From: Bellilinea caldifistulae
Lineage (GTDB): Bacteria; Chloroflexota; Anaerolineae; Anaerolineales; Anaerolineaceae
Length of the DNA: 32,000 nt
NCBI RefSeq assembly: GCF_001306055.1
Contig: NZ_LGHJ01000011.1
Span: 270,001-302,000 of the forward strand
Direction: 5' to 3'
Shown here: positions 27,165 through 32,000 of the stretch, one piece after another
How the letters are laid out: each line of letters opens with the position of its first letter
How positions within the stretch are numbered: position 1 is the stretch's first letter
Notes under the pieces: generated by a model
What the model saw: the letters and a program-made list of their open reading frames with translations, nothing else
The model's database searches: none
What the model was told of the DNA's origin: nothing
Program-made: the position numbers and the translations under genes

Positions 27165-29573
27165 TCAGCCCTCCCGCAGATGGACAACCGTAACGCCTTC
27201 GCCGCCTTCGCTATCCAGGCCGGTTTCCCAGCTGGCAACAAATTCATTTTGCTTGAGGAATTCCCGCACAGCCTGGCGCAGTTTACCGGTGCCTTTGCCG
27301 TGAATCACACGCACAAACGGCATACCGCTCAGGTAAGCCGATTCAAGGTAACGCTGCAAGGCTTCAAGGGCTTCATCGGCCCTTTGTCCGCGCAGATCGA
27401 GTTCCATGCCGGGGGATGGGGTGAACACAGCCGGACGGGCTGCTGCCGGACGACCCGTAGAGAGCGGACGGGCAGTGCTGGGGGGCGTGGGGGATGGATT
27501 TTCTGGCGGCGGCGGGCTGCCGGGGCGTTCAATTTCTTCGGGGCGGGCGCGCAGCCGCAGGTTTCCCATTTGGACTTCAATCTCGGACTGACCCAGTGCG
27601 GTAATCACCCCTTCCATCTGGAGCGAGCGCAGGCGCACTTTTTCTCCCAGCCGTAACGGGCGGGCAGGTTCGATGGGTGTGCGTTCTACCGGTTTTTCGG
27701 CTTCGCTTTGCAATTCTTCCAGGCGTTCTTGAAGGGGCTTGAGCGCATCCAACGGTTGACGGGCACGCTGCAGTTCGCGGCGCAGGGCGTCCAGTTCGGC
27801 ACGCAGGGCAGCAATTTCTTCTTCCTGCTCGCGGCGGGCTTTTTCGAGGATGGCACGCCGTTCTTCTTCGATTTTTTCCAACCGCTGAGCCAGTTCGCGG
27901 CGCATATTTTCCGCCTGAGAGCGTAAGCGGTCGGCTTCGCTGCGGGCTTTGCGCGCCAGATCGCGCTGGCGATGAATTTCATCCAGCAGGTCTTCGGCGC
28001 GCAGGTCGGTTGGGTTGATCATACTCCGTGCGGCTGAAAGGATTTCGGGCGGCAGGCCGAGCCTTTCGGCAATGGCCAGCGCATTTGAGCGTCCCGGCAG
28101 ACCAATGGTCAGACGGTAAGTCGGTTTGAGCGAACGCAGGTCAAACTCCATACTGGCGTTGACCACACCGGGTGTGGCGTGGGCGTAGGCTTTCAATTCC
28201 GGGTAGTGGGTGGCAATCAGGCTGGTCACCCGTTTTTCCACCAGATAGCCCAAAATAGCCCGCGCCAGGGCGGAGCCTTCCTGCGGGTCGGTGCCGGCCC
28301 CTAATTCATCCAGCAGCACCAGCGAAAACGAATCCATCCGCCGTAAAATGCGCACAATGTTGGTGATATGACCCGAAAAGGTGGAAAGCGACTGTTCGAT
28401 GGACTGCTCATCACCGATATCGGCGTAGATGTTGCGAAAAATGCTCAGGGTAGAACCGCTCTGAGCCGGGATGTGCAGGCCAGATTGGGCCATGAGCGCC
28501 AACAGCCCGACTGTTTTCAGCGTCACCGTTTTACCGCCGGTATTCGGTCCGGTTATCACCAGGGCGTAGGTGTTCTCATCCAGCACCACGTCAACCGGCA
28601 CCACCGTTTGGGGGTCAAGCAGTGGGTGACGGGCTTGATAAAGGACAATCACACTGCCGGGGTGCTTTTCGCGCCCGGTTTTGCGGAAGGCAGTCAGTAC
28701 CGGTTCGGCGGCGTGGAGGTCTTCGGCATATTTGGCGCACATGAAGGCTAAATCAAGGCGGGCAAGGGCATCCACAATTGCAATGATGGCGGGGCTGTGT
28801 TCTCCAATTTGATTGGAAAGCTCGCTGAGGATGCGCCGCTCTTCGTCTCGTTCGGCAAGTTGCAGCTCGTGCCACGCATTGTTGAGTTCTACCACCGAGA
28901 GCGGCTCGACAAACAGGGTAGCCCCTGAGGATGACTGATCGTGGACGATGGCGCGAATCCGCCCGCGCGATTCAGCCCGCAGCGGGATGACATAGCGCCC
29001 GTTCCGCATGGTGATGATGGCTTCCTGGAGATGGGGCGTATTTTTTGGATCCTGAATCATTTTTTGGAGACGGGAAAGCAGCCGTTCATGAGCCGTTTTT
29101 ATCTCCGAGCGCAGGGAGGCCAGTTTAGGGGAGGCGCTGTCCAGCACCTCGCCGCGATCCGAGATGGTGCGGGAGATGGCCTCAATCAGTCCGGGCGGCG
29201 GTGCTAGGGGTTGGGCGATGGCCGCCAGATGCGGGTATTCGGCTTGCTTGCTTTCCAGGGTGCGGAATAGATCACGGGCGGCAATGAGGGTGGATTTGAT
29301 TTCCAGCAGTTCGGCCGGCAGTAAAACGCCGCTGCGCGCGGCGCGTTCCGCCAGCGGACGCACGTCTCTCGCTCCGCCGATGCCGGCTTCGGATTTCACG
29401 CTCAGCAGTCGCCGGGCTTCGCTGGTGATGGCTTGCCGGGTAAGCGCTTCCGCCAAATCGGCTGTGGGGCGCAGGGCGCGGGCCAGCCCGGCAGATGCGG
29501 AAAAATCGGCATAACCGGCCAGCCGTTCCAGCACTTTGGGAAATTCCAGCATCGTGAGCGATTTCACATCCAT
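27165..29573 (-). CDS. mutS2: Endonuclease MutS2 (MutS-family ATPase with C-terminal Smr domain)
   Basis: I reset the start to ATG 29573 (MDVKSLTMLEFPKVLERLAGYA, a family-typical N-terminus). Walker A is ITGPNTGGKTVTLK and Walker B is LVLLDELGAGTDP. A coiled coil follows. The Smr domain reads ELDLRGQRADEALEALQRYLESAYLSGMPFVRVIHGKGTGKLR. Confidence 0.92.
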   Translation of the reverse strand: MDVKSLTMLEFPKVLERLAGYADFSASAGLARALRPTADLAEALTRQAITSEARRLLSVKSEAGIGGARDVRPLAERAARSGVLLPAELLEIKSTLIAARDLFRTLESKQAEYPHLAAIAQPLAPPPGLIEAISRTISDRGEVLDSASPKLASLRSEIKTAHERLLSRLQKMIQDPKNTPHLQEAIITMRNGRYVIPLRAESRGRIRAIVHDQSSSGATLFVEPLSVVELNNAWHELQLAERDEERRILSELSNQIGEHSPAIIAIVDALARLDLAFMCAKYAEDLHAAEPVLTAFRKTGREKHPGSVIVLYQARHPLLDPQTVVPVDVVLDENTYALVITGPNTGGKTVTLKTVGLLALMAQSGLHIPAQSGSTLSIFRNIYADIGDEQSIEQSLSTFSGHITNIVRILRRMDSFSLVLLDELGAGTDPQEGSALARAILGYLVEKRVTSLIATHYPELKAYAHATPGVVNASMEFDLRSLKPTYRLTIGLPGRSNALAIAERLGLPPEILSAARSMINPTDLRAEDLLDEIHRQRDLARKARSEADRLRSQAENMRRELAQRLEKIEEERRAILEKARREQEEEIAALRAELDALRRELQRARQPLDALKPLQERLEELQSEAEKPVERTPIEPARPLRLGEKVRLRSLQMEGVITALGQSEIEVQMGNLRLRARPEEIERPGSPPPPENPSPTPPSTARPLSTGRPAAARPAVFTPSPGMELDLRGQRADEALEALQRYLESAYLSGMPFVRVIHGKGTGKLRQAVREFLKQNEFVASWETGLDSEGGEGVTVVHLREG

Positions 29574-29582
29574 AGCGGCTTG

Positions 29583-29588
29583 ATTGTA
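29583..29588 (-). promoter_or_regulatory. -10-like hexamer close to the mutS2 start (possible near-leaderless transcript)
   Basis: The minus strand reads TACAAT (29588-29583), then 9 nt (CAAGCCGCT), then ATG 29573. There is no SD-like sequence. The best -35-like element, TTCACA, lies at a poor 19-nt spacing. Confidence 0.25.
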
Positions 29589-29784
29589 ATCCAAAATGAA
29601 CAAACTTTGTGAAGTGAATGAGACGTCCTCGGTCAACTCCGCCTGAGAAATTAGTGATACTGGCAGCACAAGTAAGAGATTGCCGCGCCACCTGACGGCG
29701 GCCCGCAATGACTTAAACAAATTAATCTCTCCCCCACCCCTCATTCCCAATTGACGATAAAATAAACCTCAGGAGAGCAGCGCC

Positions 29785-31467
29785 ATGACAAACGAACCCA
29801 ACAAAATCATTTATTCGATGATCGGCGTCAGCAAGTTTTACGATAAAAAACCCGTCCTGCAGGATATTTATCTCTCGTATTTTTATGGTGCCAAAATTGG
29901 GGTGATCGGCTTGAATGGCTCTGGGAAAAGCACCCTGCTACGCATTCTGGCAGGGGTGGAAAAGGACTTCAACGGCGAAACCGTGCTGGCACCCGGCTAC
30001 ACGGTCGGTTATCTGGAGCAGGAACCCCGGCTGGATGAGAATAAAACGGTGCGCGAGATTGTTGCCGAAGGCGTACAGGAAGCCATGAGCCTGCTGGACG
30101 AATTCAACCGCATCAGCGAGCGCTTTGCCGAACCACTGACCGACGAAGAAATGAGCGCGTTGATTGAGAAACAGGGCGAGGTGCAGGAAAGGATTGATCA
30201 TCTGGGGGCGTGGGACATTGATGCCCGGCTGGAAATGGCAATGGACGCCCTGCGCTGTCCGCCCGGCGATACTCCCGTTAGGGTGCTTTCCGGCGGCGAA
30301 CGCCGCCGGGTGGCCCTGTGCCGGTTGCTGTTGCAAAAACCGGATATTCTGCTGCTGGACGAGCCGACCAACCACCTGGATGCCGAGACAGTGGCGTGGC
30401 TGGAACGCCACTTGCAGGAATACCCCGGCACGGTGATCGCCGTCACCCACGACCGCTATTTTTTGGATAATGTCGCCGGCTGGATTCTGGAACTGGATCG
30501 CGGACGGGGCATTCCCTACAAGGGGAATTACTCCGGCTGGCTGGAACAGAAGAAAACCCGCTTGATGGTGGAAGAAAAACAGGAAAGCGAGCGCATCCGC
30601 ACGCTGGAGCGCGAGCTGGAGTGGATTCGCATGGCACCGCGCGCCCGTCACGCCAAATCCAAAGCCCGTATTCAGGCTTATGAACGGCTGCTCAGTCAGG
30701 AAAGTGAAAAAGCCGCCAGAGATCTGGAAATTTACATACCACCGGGCCCGCGGCTGGGCAATCTGGTCATTGAAGCCGAGCATGTCTACAAAGGCTACGG
30801 CGACCGCCTGCTGATCGAGGACATGAGTTTTTCCCTGCCGCCGGGTGGAATTATCGGTATCATCGGGCCGAATGGGGCCGGCAAAACCACCCTGCTGCGG
30901 ATGATTACCGGACAGGAACAGCCCGATGCGGGCAGCTTCCGGATTGGGGAAACCGTGCAGATGGCATATGTGGATCAATCCCGCGATGTGCTTGACCCGC
31001 AGCGGACGGTGTGGGAGATGATCAGCGACGGGGAAGAAATCATCCGGCTGGGCGAGCGTGAGGTCAACTCGCGTGCCTACGTGGCGCGATTCAACTTCAC
31101 CGGCGCGGACCAGCAGAAAAAAGTGGGGATGCTCTCCGGCGGCGAACGCAATCGGGTGCATCTGGCGCGGATGCTCAAACAGGGCGCAAACCTGCTGCTG
31201 CTGGACGAGCCGACCAATGACCTGGATGTGAACACCCTGCGCGCCCTGGAAGAGGCCCTGCTCAATTTTGGGGGATGTGCGCTGGTGGTCAGCCACGACC
31301 GCTGGTTTCTGGATCGGATTGCCACCCACATTCTGGCGTTTGAAGGGGACAGCCGGGTGGTCTTTTACGATGGCAACTACACCCAGTACGAGGCCGACCG
31401 CCGCGCCCGTCTGGGCATGGCTGCCGATCAGCCGCACCGCATTACCTACCGAAAACTGACCCGCTAA
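29785..31467 (+). CDS. ettA: Energy-dependent translational throttle protein EttA (ABC-F ATPase)
   Basis: AGGAGA at 29771-29776 precedes ATG 29785. The EttA-type N-terminus is KIIYSMIGVSKFY. There are two ABC modules, with Walker A GLNGSGKST and GPNGAGKTT, signatures LSGGERRR and LSGGERNR, and Walker B LLLDEPTN twice. Length is 560 aa. Confidence 0.93.
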   Translation: MTNEPNKIIYSMIGVSKFYDKKPVLQDIYLSYFYGAKIGVIGLNGSGKSTLLRILAGVEKDFNGETVLAPGYTVGYLEQEPRLDENKTVREIVAEGVQEAMSLLDEFNRISERFAEPLTDEEMSALIEKQGEVQERIDHLGAWDIDARLEMAMDALRCPPGDTPVRVLSGGERRRVALCRLLLQKPDILLLDEPTNHLDAETVAWLERHLQEYPGTVIAVTHDRYFLDNVAGWILELDRGRGIPYKGNYSGWLEQKKTRLMVEEKQESERIRTLERELEWIRMAPRARHAKSKARIQAYERLLSQESEKAARDLEIYIPPGPRLGNLVIEAEHVYKGYGDRLLIEDMSFSLPPGGIIGIIGPNGAGKTTLLRMITGQEQPDAGSFRIGETVQMAYVDQSRDVLDPQRTVWEMISDGEEIIRLGEREVNSRAYVARFNFTGADQQKKVGMLSGGERNRVHLARMLKQGANLLLLDEPTNDLDVNTLRALEEALLNFGGCALVVSHDRWFLDRIATHILAFEGDSRVVFYDGNYTQYEADRRARLGMAADQPHRITYRKLTR

Positions 31468-31473
31468 GCGTTT

Positions 31474-32000
31474 TTAGCCCTCAAAGGCTTTGACGCAGTT
31501 GCGCCCGCTGTTTTTAGCGGCGTAGAGGGCTTGATCGGCGCGGCGCAGCAATTCCTTGAAGGTGTGGGGAAAATGCGGAGGGGATGCCGTGGCCACCCCC
31601 AAACTGATGGTCACATTCAGACGGTTGCCGCCGATGCGGATGGGCGACTCGGCAACCGCACCGCGCACCCGTTCGGCCATGCGCAAACCCTGTTCCAGCG
31701 TGATTCCCGGCATGATGATGGTGAATTCCTCACCGCCGTAACGGGCCAGGGTATCGCTGCTTCGCAGCCGGTGGCGGATGCGCTCCACCAGAATCGTGAG
31801 AACCTGATCGCCGACCAGATGTCCGTAATGGTCGTTGATTTCCTTGAAATTGTCCAGATCGAACATGATCAGGGTCAACGGCTGGCCGGTTTTGCGGGCT
31901 TCCTGAAAGGCCGCCTGACCGGTATCGAATAGGGCGCGGCGGTTGAGGCTTTGGGTCAGCGAATCGGTGCGCGCCAGTTTTTCCAGTTTGACCTGATTGC
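31474..32000 (-). CDS. 3' part of a diguanylate cyclase (GGDEF domain) gene running off the right edge
   Basis: The listed start at 31878 is an internal TTG. The frame stays open to nt 32000, and my hand translation upstream reads ...LARTDSLTQSLNRRALFDTGQAAFQEARKTGQPLTLIMFDLDNFKEINDHYGH. The active-site motif is RYGGEEFTI. The stop TAA (31474-31476) lies 6 nt from the ettA stop. Confidence 0.85.
   Translation of the reverse strand, partial: NQVKLEKLARTDSLTQSLNRRALFDTGQAAFQEARKTGQPLTLIMFDLDNFKEINDHYGHLVGDQVLTILVERIRHRLRSSDTLARYGGEEFTIIMPGITLEQGLRMAERVRGAVAESPIRIGGNRLNVTISLGVATASPPHFPHTFKELLRRADQALYAAKNSGRNCVKAFEG

Noticed and set aside
27440-27560. Pro-rich insert (PGSPPPPENPSPTPPSTARPLSTGRPAAARP) before the Smr domain of MutS2 as an anomaly
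   Set aside because: The linker between the MutS2 core/coiled coil and Smr varies between species. The reading frame is intact and both flanking domains are complete.
29938-31437. 499-aa ORF antisense to ettA
   Set aside because: It is the exact mirror of a gene with unmistakable ABC-F motifs. The translated product is low-complexity (rich in G, A, R, P, Q) with no recognisable motif and no SD. Long stop-free antisense frames are expected in GC-rich coding DNA.

Overview
This is a densely coding, GC-rich bacterial chromosomal segment. Hand-counted 60-nt lines in the bulk of the window give roughly 53-70% G+C. I can support 22 protein-coding genes. I found no rRNA, tRNA, CRISPR array, transposase or integrase. 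Left to right: (1) nt 2-6730 (+) is a translationally coupled envelope-glycosylation operon: the tail of a membrane protein, a 720-aa GT-C-like polytopic protein, a GtrB/ArnC/DPM1-type GT2 polyprenyl-phosphate glycosyltransferase, a second GT-C-like protein with a TPR-like tail, and GalE. (2) A 1286-aa secreted LasA-like M23 peptidase with beta/gamma-crystallin, PPC, FN3 and jelly-roll modules (-). (3) holA, preceded by a small HxxEH-motif membrane protein (-). (4) A ~2.4-kb AT-rich island carrying a type II R-M pair: an HTH-fused SPPY methyltransferase, followed 3 nt later by a TdeIII-like endonuclease. (5) An EEP-family nuclease/phosphatase (+). (6) An operon of two membrane-anchored ecto-peptidase-like proteins (C39-like+TPR and HExxH MA-clan) plus a HAD phosphatase (-). 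(7) An SDR, nadK, a B-box zinc-finger membrane protein, recN, and an 1172-aa SARP/AfsR-type wHTH-BTAD-P-loop-TPR STAND protein (+). (8) mutS2 (-), ettA (+), and the 3' part of a GGDEF gene (-) that runs off the right edge. Several ORF-track starts are too long, and some are TTG/GTG. I reset them using SD sequences, signal/anchor peptides and family-typical N-termini. I treat the many long ORFs antisense to these genes as GC-driven artefacts. The best candidates for something not yet described are the one-donor/three-GT-C glycosylation operon, the stalked ecto-peptidase operon, the HxxEH mini-protein coupled to holA, and the STAND protein downstream of recN. The R-M island is a recognisable system type with some interesting regulatory details. 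All family assignments come from motifs read by eye and from memory of the families; no database search was run. The taxonomic origin cannot be proven from this window. The gene set is reminiscent of Chloroflexota (Anaerolineae-like), but that is a guess.
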